Positions 9,190-18,254 of a stretch of DNA of 64,000 nucleotides are shown piece by piece (the stretch's first letter is position 1; each line of letters begins with the position of its first letter). The stretch is from NCBI GenBank assembly GCA_963668645.2, contig CAXXWC010000013.1:128001-192000 (forward strand), in the 5' to 3' direction. The notes below the pieces were generated by a model. The model ran no database searches and was not told the DNA's origin. It saw only the letters and a list, made by a program, of their open reading frames with translations. A program made the translations under genes and the position numbers. The DNA comes from Desulfobacterales bacterium. Its GTDB lineage: Bacteria; Desulfobacterota; Desulfobacteria; Desulfobacterales; UBA2174.

Positions 9190-9354
9190 GCGGTGGGCAT
9201 CGACGATACCATCATGGTCAAACGGCTGGAAAAGCGGCCTGGCCAGCTGACCCTGATCAGCGACAACCGGGTCTACGAGAAGGTGCTGATCGATTCGGCC
9301 GCGGCCAGCGTGCGGATCCTGGGCCGGGTAGTCTGGCTCCAGCGGCGGGTGTGA
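9190..9354 (+). repeat. Diverged direct duplicate of the last 165 bp of the repressor gene (8972-9136)
   Basis: Ungapped alignment by eye with about 10 mismatches; same C-terminus [13 protein letters not shown]. Confidence 0.92.
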
Positions 9355-9731
9355 AGGGCGGGCTCCGGGCTGTGGAGGATTGTTCTCAAGGGAAGAGGAT
9401 GTTGTTGACCAATACAACTTACAGGGACGAACAGGTTGGCAGCATTGCCGGGCGTTATTCGGCCATCGCCGCACTCACGTCGGCCAATCGCAGGCACAGG
9501 GTCATGGGGTTGGATCGGCGACTCAGGAAAGCCGCAGGAGAAGATCGCAATACAGATTAACCCACATCCCAGGGCTTCGTCAAAGCCGGCATCCGCTCTC
9601 TTTGCGTGTCAGATCTTTAAATTGTCGCCGTTTCCCACCGATCTGCTCGACTTGCAGATTCCTCACTGCCGTCCGGAATGACGCTGGAAGGGAGCCGGGA
9701 TCCGCATGGTGCGTGGCCCTGCGAATTCGGG

Positions 9732-9975
9732 CTAGACATTTTCTTTGAGCACATGAAACCGAAGGGTGGCACCGGTGACCTTGCTGCGGCCGGTGTAAAG
9801 GAAGCTGGCGATCCAAAGGGCTTGCAGCAACAAAAGGATGGCCGGATGCCAGAGGGAGAGCAGGCCTGCGGTTAAATCGGGCATCGCCTGGCCGGGTGAA
9901 AGAGGTGCTGCGCCGATGACCAGGCCATAGGCTGCCGCAAGCAGGGCCATCTTCTGATAGGCGCTGATGCGGCCC
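9732..9975 (-). pseudogene. Orphan 3' fragment of the lgt-like gene; direct repeat of 16186-16429
   Basis: 244-bp ungapped match, encodes YQKMALLAAAYGLVIGAAPLSPG...FHVLKENV. Confidence 0.92.
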
Positions 9976-10253
9976 TATCGAGAGGGCTTTCGCGTTAGGT
10001 CAACTATGTGAAAGCTATACACAGGCCCCGGCCAAGGTATATTTTTGTTTGGGTTTAGATAGATTCGTTGGTATTATATGAACAAAGGGATAGAAAAAAG
10101 GAGATGAAAATCAGCGGGGTTACAGCTAAGAGAGCCCAATTGATATAGCTGCCATGTAATAACTAGTTCGCCCCTGATCAATCACAAGGGCTTACATGAT
10201 AGAAATATTGCGAAAAACAACTATGATCCTGCGCACCACAATTGGGGTAAATT

Positions 10254-11093
10254 ATGAATAAACTAAAAAAAAATAGGGTCGGAGTGCGGAAGACTCGTCC
10301 ATTACGAGACCCTAAGGGTTCCCGGTGCGGCTTCAGGCAAATGGTGCTTTTTGCGATTATCCTTTATCTGGCCGCGCCGTGCACGGCCGCAGGCCAATCT
10401 TTGATCATCGTTTCAGATCCTTACCCACCACTCGGGTATGTGAAAGACGGAAAGATCGTAGGATTTACGGTAGACCTCATTAAATTGCTTTTGAAGCGAA
10501 CTGGAATTGATGGCAGATTTGTCATGTATCCTTGGGCCCGGGCGTACGAAATGGCCCAGAAAAAGAAAGACGTTCTCATCTACCAACTGTCGTATTCAAA
10601 AGAAAGAGACCGCCTGTTTTACCTCGTTGGCCCCATCTTGCATGAGAGCGAATACCTTTTCAAATTGAAGAAAAGGAAAGATATTATAGTGAAAGATTTG
10701 ACAGATGCGAAAAGATACCTTGTCGGTACGGTCAGGGGCTATCATCATCACAAATATCTTCTAGAAAACGGATTTCAGGAAGGGAAAAACCTTGAAACCA
10801 CCTATGGCGACGAGATGAATATTAAGAAGCTAGAATCTGGAAGAATCGACCTGATGATTGCATCTGAAATTGCTTTTTCTTACCGGGTTGCAGAGTTGGG
10901 TTACCATAGAGATGATTATGAGAAAATTATAGTGGTCATATCCAATGATTCATACATCGCCTTCAGCAGACAGACGTCGCCAAATGTGGTTTCACAGTTC
11001 ACAAAGGCGTTGGAGGCTGCGAAAAAGGACGGCAGCTATAACAGCATCTTACAACAATACGGTGTTCACCCCTCAGAAGAGAAAGCGGACTGA
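10254..11093 (+). CDS. Periplasmic substrate-binding protein (family 3-like); start may be ~10341
   Basis: Signal-like MVLFAIILYLAAPCTAAG; PYPP, YPWARA, GRIDL, YIAFS motifs. Confidence 0.85.
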   Translation: MNKLKKNRVGVRKTRPLRDPKGSRCGFRQMVLFAIILYLAAPCTAAGQSLIIVSDPYPPLGYVKDGKIVGFTVDLIKLLLKRTGIDGRFVMYPWARAYEMAQKKKDVLIYQLSYSKERDRLFYLVGPILHESEYLFKLKKRKDIIVKDLTDAKRYLVGTVRGYHHHKYLLENGFQEGKNLETTYGDEMNIKKLESGRIDLMIASEIAFSYRVAELGYHRDDYEKIIVVISNDSYIAFSRQTSPNVVSQFTKALEAAKKDGSYNSILQQYGVHPSEEKAD

Positions 11094-11304
11094 CTCAACA
11101 GGCCCAATAAGGATTGCATCATTGCCGGTTCTTGTAGAGAGCAAGGAGAGCCTTTCTAATAGGGCACGCGCAGGATTGGAGTGTTGCAGTTCCGTACGAG
11201 ACACTGCGGAGGGGTAGTACTTCAAATTAGAAGACAAATGTTGCAAGAGACCTTGTGCCACGACGCACCGGGTGTGTGCCACATTCTCCAGGGAGGGATC
11301 AGAA

Positions 11305-13503
11305 ATGCACGGCTCACAAAGCGGTGAAAACAACCCTTGCAGGGAGTCAGCACCGAAGAATGGCGCACGGTATCACTCCATATCCAGGCGACTTGCCATG
11401 GGCCTTGCAATATCAGTGGGTCTGGTCTCCGCTATCACGATTCTGGCGCTCTATCTGGGGGAGATCCATGCAGAGGAAGCCGACCTGATAAGGAAGGCTG
11501 ACGTATACAGGGACTATCTTGTCGGCGCACTTGAGCTGCCAGTGTGGAACTATGACAACCCCACGGTTGAGGCAATATGCAGAGCTTTTTTACAGAATGA
11601 GCTTGCTTTGGGTGTTGTGATTAAGAATGCGTCGGCCTCGGTCATTCATGCCATTGGAAAAACAAGAGATCCAGATGGGATCACCAGAGAAGGCAAAATC
11701 TACCACCAAGGTGAACTGTTGGGGCAAGTGGAGATCTATTTTACAAAACGATACGTGAAAGAAGCCGGGCGCACGCTATTGTATTCATACGCGACAACCA
11801 TGCTATTGGTTTTGATTTCTCTTGTGCTCCTCACACATCTGTTTGTGCGCAAATTCTTGAAGAAACCCATTAACGCCCTCAATCTGATTGTTCGCCCTTA
11901 CAGTGAAGGGATATACGATTTGCCCTCGGCCGAGCTTCCCTATGTCGAGTTTCAGGCATTCAGGACAACACTTGCCCAGATGGGAGAAACCATAAGGGGG
12001 CAGATGAAGGAATTGAGGACACATCGCAACCATCTCGAAGACCTGGTTAAGGAGCGGACTTCCGAATTAATCGAGGCTAAGGAACAGGCAGAGAAAGCAA
12101 ACCGCGCCAAAAGCGTGTTCCTGGCTAATATGAGTCATGAATTACGCACGCCCCTCAATGCGGTGCTGGGATTTTCGCAAGTGATGAAGAATGCCGCGGA
12201 CGTCACCGCCGAACAGAAAGAGAACTTGGACATCATCACCCGTAGCGGCGAACACCTGCTGAACCTGATCAACAACGTGCTGAACATATCCAGGATCGAG
12301 TCGGGCCAGGTGGAACTTGAGGAGTCTCATTTCGATCTTACCCAGCTGATACAGGAAATAAAATCGTTGATGTATGTGCGCGCCAATGAGAAAGGGCTGG
12401 AGTTCACGCTGGAGCAGTCGCTGGACCTTCCCCGGTATGTTGCCGTAGATGGGGGCAAACTGCGGCAGGTATTAATCAACCTGATCGGCAATGCCATTAA
12501 GTATACAAGTCAGGGCGGAGTGTTGCTTCGGACCAGGGTTGCACAGCAAGAGACCGCCGGGCAGGTGGGCGTTGGATTTGAGGTCGAGGATACCGGGCCC
12601 GGAATCCGCCAGGAGGACCGGGAATGCATCTTTTCCCCTTTTATGCAATTGGGAGAGCAACCGGTTGTGGAAACGGGAACCGGCCTGGGATTGACCATCT
12701 GCAAGCAGTATGTGGAGCTCATGGGCGGAACCATCGGTATTGGCGGGGAGCCGGGCAAAGGCTCGGTCTTCCATTTGGAGATACCCGTTGCCGTGCTTCC
12801 GCCAGAGGCGATTCCATCTGCTCCGAGGCGCGGCCGCGTGATAGGGCGGGCGGAAGGGCAACCGCGATATCGTCTGCTCATCGCCGAAGACCACCCGGAA
12901 AACCGCCTGCTGCTTCGCAAGCTGCTGGAGCCGCTGGGTTTTGATCTCCAAGAAGCGGTCAATGGACAAGAAGCCGTTGCCCTGTTCGAAGAGTGGCGGC
13001 CCCATCTGATATGGATGGACATTCGCATGCCGGTCATGGACGGGCTGGAAGCCACCCGTCGCATCAAGGCAACCGATGCCGGGGCTCAAACAAGGATTGT
13101 CGCCCTTACCGCCCATGCCCTTGAAGAGGAACGGCGTGAGGTCCTGGCAGCCGGGTGTGACGACTTCATCCGCAAGCCGTATCGCGAGGTCGAGATACTC
13201 GATGCTCTGACGAAACACCTTGGCGTGCACTTTGTCTATGAAGAAGAGATGCCCCAGGCTGCTGATGCGCTGGAAATGGATGCAACAGTCTTGGCCGGAC
13301 TGCCCGATGCCTTGATCAATGAACTGAGAAAGGCGCTTATCCGGCTCGACATTGACGGGGTGAGCCGAACGATTGAAGAGATACGCGCCCATAATTCCCT
13401 TTTGGCGAATGCACTGGCTGCTGTCGCCAAAGACCTTCAATTCGGTCGGATACTGCACTTGATTGGCTCTACCAATGGTGAAAGCCCGGAGGAGAAAACA
13501 TGA
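11305..13503 (+). CDS. Membrane hybrid sensor histidine kinase (HisKA-HATPase-REC)
   Basis: Two TM segments; FLANMSHELRTPLN, NAIKYT, DTGPG, GTGLGL, IWMDIRMP. Confidence 0.92.
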   Translation: MHGSQSGENNPCRESAPKNGARYHSISRRLAMGLAISVGLVSAITILALYLGEIHAEEADLIRKADVYRDYLVGALELPVWNYDNPTVEAICRAFLQNELALGVVIKNASASVIHAIGKTRDPDGITREGKIYHQGELLGQVEIYFTKRYVKEAGRTLLYSYATTMLLVLISLVLLTHLFVRKFLKKPINALNLIVRPYSEGIYDLPSAELPYVEFQAFRTTLAQMGETIRGQMKELRTHRNHLEDLVKERTSELIEAKEQAEKANRAKSVFLANMSHELRTPLNAVLGFSQVMKNAADVTAEQKENLDIITRSGEHLLNLINNVLNISRIESGQVELEESHFDLTQLIQEIKSLMYVRANEKGLEFTLEQSLDLPRYVAVDGGKLRQVLINLIGNAIKYTSQGGVLLRTRVAQQETAGQVGVGFEVEDTGPGIRQEDRECIFSPFMQLGEQPVVETGTGLGLTICKQYVELMGGTIGIGGEPGKGSVFHLEIPVAVLPPEAIPSAPRRGRVIGRAEGQPRYRLLIAEDHPENRLLLRKLLEPLGFDLQEAVNGQEAVALFEEWRPHLIWMDIRMPVMDGLEATRRIKATDAGAQTRIVALTAHALEEERREVLAAGCDDFIRKPYREVEILDALTKHLGVHFVYEEEMPQAADALEMDATVLAGLPDALINELRKALIRLDIDGVSRTIEEIRAHNSLLANALAAVAKDLQFGRILHLIGSTNGESPEEKT

Positions 13504-16040
13504 GTGAAGAAATGGCCGCCAGACACTCCGACAGGATATTGGTTGTAGACGACACCGCCGCCAATCTCAGGCTCTTGACGGATCTTTTGACAGAGCAAGG
13601 CTATACGGTGCATCCGGCCTCCGACGGCAAATTGGCGCTGAAATTCGTCCAGTCGACCCTACCCGACATCATTTTGCTGGACATCCGGATGCCGGGTTTG
13701 GACGGGTATGAGGTCTGCCGGCGGCTCAAGGCGGAGGTGAGGACGCGATCCATTCCCGTCATCTTCATCAGTATCCTGGAAGATGAACGTGACAAGGTGA
13801 AAGGATTTCAGGCCGGAGGAGTGGATTACATTACCAAGCCTTTTCAGCCGGAAGAAGTTTTGGCCAGAATCAGAACCCATCTGCAATTGCGAGATCTGAC
13901 CGTTCGGCTGGAACAGAAGGTCGTCGAACGCACTAGGGATTTGGAGACAGCCAATCAACAGTTGCTGCAGGAAATCGCCGAGCGCAAGCAGGCAGAGGAG
14001 TCCCTGAAGCGTTCGCAAGAGGAAAAGACCATCCTGAATCAAATTGCCAACATCTTTCTGACCATCTCTCACGAAGCGATGTACGGGGAAGTTTTGGCGG
14101 TCGTCCTTCGGGTGATGAAAAGCAAGTTCGGTATCTTCGGCTATATAGGGGAGACCGGGGACCTGATCGTGCCAAGCTTGACCAGGGGGATCTGGGATAT
14201 GTGCCAGGTTCCCGGCAAGTCGATCATCTTTCCATCGAATTCCTGGGGAAAAAGCCTCTGGGGCAGAGCGATCCGGGAGAAAAAGGCCTTCTATTCGGAA
14301 GGCCCCTTTCAAACACCCGCAGGGCACATTCGCATTGATGACTTTCTTACGGTACCGATCGTCTATGGAAATGAAGCCATCGGGCTGATTTCCGTGGCCA
14401 ACAAGGAAGGGGGATACACAGAGGAATACAGGGAGTTGCTGGAGCGCATCGCCTCCAGAGTCTCGCCCATCCTACATGCCAGATTGCAAAGCGACATCCA
14501 GGAAAGGAGGCGTGTAGAGGCTGAGAAAGACCTGAAGGAATCAGAAGAAAAATATCGTTTTCTGATTACGAATGCCGGTGAGGCCATCTTCATTGTCCAG
14601 GATGAGGTCGTAAAATTTCCGAATCCTAAAGCTATTGAAATGATAGGTTATTCTGCACGAGAGCTCCTTGAAATGCTTTTCGTCGACCTCATTCACCCGG
14701 GAGACAGGGATATGGTTCTTGAAGGACATTCGCGGTTGCTGGCGGCAGAGCGCCCCCCGGACGCATATCCTTTCAGAATCATAGATAAAAAAGGTATGGA
14801 AATGTGGGGTCAACTCACCGCCGCGCCCATTATCTGGGAGAAAAAGCCGGGTATTCTCTGTTTTGTCAGAGATGTAACGGAGGAAAAGAAGCTGGAAGCC
14901 CAGCTCATGCAGGCCCAGAAAATGGAAGCCGTGGGGCGGCTCGCAGGAGGCGTGGCTCACGATTTCAACAACATGCTTACGGTGATCATCGGACATACGG
15001 GATTGGCGCTCATGGAGATTGCTCCTTCGGATCCACTCCATGAACAGCTTCGGGAGATCCATGAGGCCGCACGGCGGTCGGCCGACCTCACCCGGCAACT
15101 GCTGGCTTTCGCACGCAAGCAGACCATCGCCCCGAAAGTTCTGAATTTGAACGACACTCTGTCGGGCATGCTCAACATGCTGCGCCGGCTCATCGGCGAA
15201 GACATCGACTTGGCCTGGAGGCCGGGGGACAAGCTGTGGGACGTCAAGATGGATCCCAGCCAGATCGACCAGGTGCTGGCGAACCTATGCATCAATGCCC
15301 GCGACGCGGTCGCCGAGATAGGCAAGGTCATCATCGAGACGGGCAACACCGTTTTAGACGAGGCTTATTGCGCCTGCCATGCGGGCTCTGTTCCGGGGGA
15401 GTATGTTCTGCTTGCCGTGAGCGACGACGGTTGCGGCATGGACGAAATAACACAGGCGCATCTGTTCGAGCCTTTCTTCACCACCAAGGCCAGGGGCCAA
15501 GGCACCGGCCTGGGGCTGGCCACAGTATATGGCATCGTCAAGCAAAACGAAGGTTTCATCAACGTGTGCAGCGAACCAGGACAAGGAACGACGTTCAGAC
15601 TCTATTTTCCCCGCAACAGGGCCGAACCCAACGGGACCATTCAGGAAAGTGCTGTGGAAATACCGCGCGGGGGAGGAGGGGAAACAGTATTGGTGGTCGA
15701 GGATGAAAAGGCGATTTTGGATTTAGGCAAGAGGGTCCTCGAAAAATTGGGATATACGGTGCTGACCGCCAGGACACCGGGAGAGGCGATACGCCTGGTC
15801 GAAACGCATTCAGGCGATATTCACCTGCTGCTCATCGATGTGGTGCTGCCAGAGATGAACGGGCGGGATTTGGCGGAACGGATCGATGCTATCAAGCCAG
15901 GCCTCAAACACCTGTACATGTCCGGCTACACGACCAACGTAATCGCCCATCGAGGAGTGCTGGAGGAGGGCGTTCATTTCATCCAGAAGCCGTTTACAAT
16001 GCAGGACCTGGTGGCCAAAGTGCGCGAAGTGCTAGATTAA
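13500..16040 (+). CDS. Hybrid kinase REC-GAF-PAS-HisKA-HATPase-REC
   Basis: LLDIRMP; GGVAHDFNN; FEPFFTTK; GTGLGL; C-terminal receiver; ATGA overlap with upstream kinase. Confidence 0.92.
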   Translation: MSEEMAARHSDRILVVDDTAANLRLLTDLLTEQGYTVHPASDGKLALKFVQSTLPDIILLDIRMPGLDGYEVCRRLKAEVRTRSIPVIFISILEDERDKVKGFQAGGVDYITKPFQPEEVLARIRTHLQLRDLTVRLEQKVVERTRDLETANQQLLQEIAERKQAEESLKRSQEEKTILNQIANIFLTISHEAMYGEVLAVVLRVMKSKFGIFGYIGETGDLIVPSLTRGIWDMCQVPGKSIIFPSNSWGKSLWGRAIREKKAFYSEGPFQTPAGHIRIDDFLTVPIVYGNEAIGLISVANKEGGYTEEYRELLERIASRVSPILHARLQSDIQERRRVEAEKDLKESEEKYRFLITNAGEAIFIVQDEVVKFPNPKAIEMIGYSARELLEMLFVDLIHPGDRDMVLEGHSRLLAAERPPDAYPFRIIDKKGMEMWGQLTAAPIIWEKKPGILCFVRDVTEEKKLEAQLMQAQKMEAVGRLAGGVAHDFNNMLTVIIGHTGLALMEIAPSDPLHEQLREIHEAARRSADLTRQLLAFARKQTIAPKVLNLNDTLSGMLNMLRRLIGEDIDLAWRPGDKLWDVKMDPSQIDQVLANLCINARDAVAEIGKVIIETGNTVLDEAYCACHAGSVPGEYVLLAVSDDGCGMDEITQAHLFEPFFTTKARGQGTGLGLATVYGIVKQNEGFINVCSEPGQGTTFRLYFPRNRAEPNGTIQESAVEIPRGGGGETVLVVEDEKAILDLGKRVLEKLGYTVLTARTPGEAIRLVETHSGDIHLLLIDVVLPEMNGRDLAERIDAIKPGLKHLYMSGYTTNVIAHRGVLEEGVHFIQKPFTMQDLVAKVREVLD

Positions 16041-16185
16041 TAGTCGTCCAGCAGCAGCAGAGAAAGTGGTTTCAGCTAATCAGGTTCACGCTGCCGGTGC
16101 GAAATGGGCCATCGCCTTATCATGACTGATGGTGCCGGTACGAGCCGCAGCTTTAGGGGTGTGCGAGCATTAAGAGTTTTGGGGG

Positions 16186-17235
16186 CTATACGTTTTCTTT
16201 GATCACGTGAAAATTGAGGGTAGCCGACGTGACCTTGCTGCGGCCGGTGTAAAGGAAGCTGGCGATCCACAGGGCTTGCAGCAGCAGAAGGATGGCCGGG
16301 TGCCAGAGGGAGAGCAGGCCTGCGGTTAAATCGGGTACCGGCAGGCCGGGTGAAAGGGGTGCTGCGCCGATGACCAGGCCATAGGCTGCCGCGAGCAGCG
16401 CCATTTTCTGGTAGACGCTGATGCGGCCCCGGCCCCGGTAGTCGGCGCGGGTGAATTCGGAAACAAAGCGCCAGAGCTGGGTGGCGAGAAGCGGTACGAG
16501 AAAAGCGGTGCGAAAGTAGCCTTTAAGAAAGAGGTAGGCCCCGATCAGGGCTGCGGTGCAGTAGATGGTGGCGGTAATGGCCTGGACCGGAAAGATCTCG
16601 CGGCCCTGGAGGCCGCCGGCATAGGCGATTTTCTTGGTGGCGCCGGTAAACACGAAGGCGTGGCCGGCAAAGAGGCGGCGCAGGATGGGATGCACTTCTT
16701 CCATGGGCTTTCCGTAGCAGCATCCGAAGCTGATGCAGGCCAGGCGCCCGATTCCCTCGCCCAGGGCGTAGGCCGTGGCCAGGGCTGCCATCACCGGCAT
16801 GACCGGCAGATCGAAGGGGCCGCCAGCGCCGATGCGGCCCAGGAGCAGGATCGCCGACGGCGCGATCAGGATGCCCAGAAAAGCTGCTCCTCCCACCGAG
16901 AAGGTGTAGCGCTTTTTTTCCACGATGCGGGCCACGAGGCTCGAAGCCGGCATGCAAACCCCCAGGATCAGCAGCGTAAAGAGCAGCGTGACGCGGGCCG
17001 GGACCCCCAGGGCACCGAGCAGCATGAAAACCGTGCCCGTGGCCAGGGTGTAGGCATTGGCGTTGAAGACCCCGTAGAAGGTCAGGTTGGTGCCGCTCCA
17101 GCATCCATCCTCATGCCGGCATGCGGGCAGGGCGGCCAGGATCTGCCAGTTTTCCCGGGGCAGGGTGCGAAAGGCCCAGGCCAGCAGGAGGCCCAGGAGC
17201 AGGGCGGCAACGGCGATGAAGAGTTCCGGATTCAT
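16186..17235 (-). CDS. Prolipoprotein diacylglyceryl transferase (Lgt)-family membrane protein, divergent
   Basis: Multi-TM 349 aa starting MNPELFIAV; GEGIGRLACISFGCCYG, FPVQ, RFVSEFTRAD match Lgt-family motifs. Confidence 0.8.
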   Translation of the reverse strand: MNPELFIAVAALLLGLLLAWAFRTLPRENWQILAALPACRHEDGCWSGTNLTFYGVFNANAYTLATGTVFMLLGALGVPARVTLLFTLLILGVCMPASSLVARIVEKKRYTFSVGGAAFLGILIAPSAILLLGRIGAGGPFDLPVMPVMAALATAYALGEGIGRLACISFGCCYGKPMEEVHPILRRLFAGHAFVFTGATKKIAYAGGLQGREIFPVQAITATIYCTAALIGAYLFLKGYFRTAFLVPLLATQLWRFVSEFTRADYRGRGRISVYQKMALLAAAYGLVIGAAPLSPGLPVPDLTAGLLSLWHPAILLLLQALWIASFLYTGRSKVTSATLNFHVIKENV

Positions 17236-18254
17236 CCAGTTTCCTTTCTCAAGGCGATGGGGCTGCGGACCGCCACGTCGGTTTCCACCAGGGGACGGCC
17301 GAAGTGAAGACTGAAGCGGCTGCGGGCCGCGGCGTGCAGGGTGTTGGCGCGAAGATCCGCGCAAAAATCGACCCGCCCCGGCACAAAGAGCAGCACGTCC
17401 ACCGACGAGCCGGGGCGGAACAGGCTTTTGGGCCGGCCCCGTTCGAGGAACATGCCGGCGGTTACCGGAGCAGGATTTTCGTAGCCCCGGGTGCTGTAGC
17501 ACTGGACGATGTCGCCGATCATCAGGGCCACGATCTCCACCATGGCCACCGGCCCCACGCCGGTGCCGCCGGGAACGTCGGTATCGATGATCGTCACCAC
17601 GCGCCGGTTCTTCGAGTAGGGCGTCACCTGGCGTACCACCGCGCCGGGGTTGCACGAATGAAAATCCCCCTCCAGCAGGTAGATGTCCGTGACCCGGCCG
17701 GAGACCGGTACGTGGTTGTAGTGGTACTTGTCCGGGGTCAGGCGCAGGATGGCTGCGTCGCCGCCCCTGAACAGGTCCCGCCATTGCGGTTTGCCCGGCC
17801 CGAGCAGCTCGTCGAAGTCGAAGAACTTTTCCTTGATGAAAAACAGCGAATTTTCCTTCAGGGAAACCACCAGCAGGCGGGCGTCGGCCGGCGCCGCCAC
17901 CGCGGCCGGATCTTGGGGCAGGGGGCGCCGGTCCCAGTAGCGGATGCGGCGTTCGAAGAGGCGACGCGGAGAGGCCAGGGCCGCATCCGGATCGCAGCAC
18001 TCGGAAAGATCGATACCCAGGGTGCGGGCCAGACGCCGGGCCGCGGCCCGGCGCGAGCCGAGGGGGAGATCGTAGTTGACCCATCCGAGCAGGCGGCTGG
18101 TGCGCGCCGCGGTCAGGGCCTTGAACAGGGCCGGCATCCGTTCGCGGCCCGGGTTGTACATCAGATTGATGAGCCGGTCGGCCAGAAGCGCTTCGGATTT
18201 CACCGCACCGCTGGCGCGGTCGATGTATTGATGCATGGGCAAGGTGTGGATCAT
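17232..18254 (-). CDS. psd: Phosphatidylserine decarboxylase family proenzyme
   Basis: APADAR, RLTPDKYHYNHVPVSG, KNRRVV, FRPGSSV self-cleavage motif; start MIHTLPMHQY overlaps upstream stop. Confidence 0.85.
   Translation of the reverse strand: MIHTLPMHQYIDRASGAVKSEALLADRLINLMYNPGRERMPALFKALTAARTSRLLGWVNYDLPLGSRRAAARRLARTLGIDLSECCDPDAALASPRRLFERRIRYWDRRPLPQDPAAVAAPADARLLVVSLKENSLFFIKEKFFDFDELLGPGKPQWRDLFRGGDAAILRLTPDKYHYNHVPVSGRVTDIYLLEGDFHSCNPGAVVRQVTPYSKNRRVVTIIDTDVPGGTGVGPVAMVEIVALMIGDIVQCYSTRGYENPAPVTAGMFLERGRPKSLFRPGSSVDVLLFVPGRVDFCADLRANTLHAAARSRFSLHFGRPLVETDVAVRSPIALRKETG

Noticed and set aside
8972..9354. Diversity-generating retroelement (RT plus near-identical repeat at a gene 3' end)
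   Set aside because: Mismatches are not adenine-specific, and the only RT is a group II intron maturase with domains V/VI.
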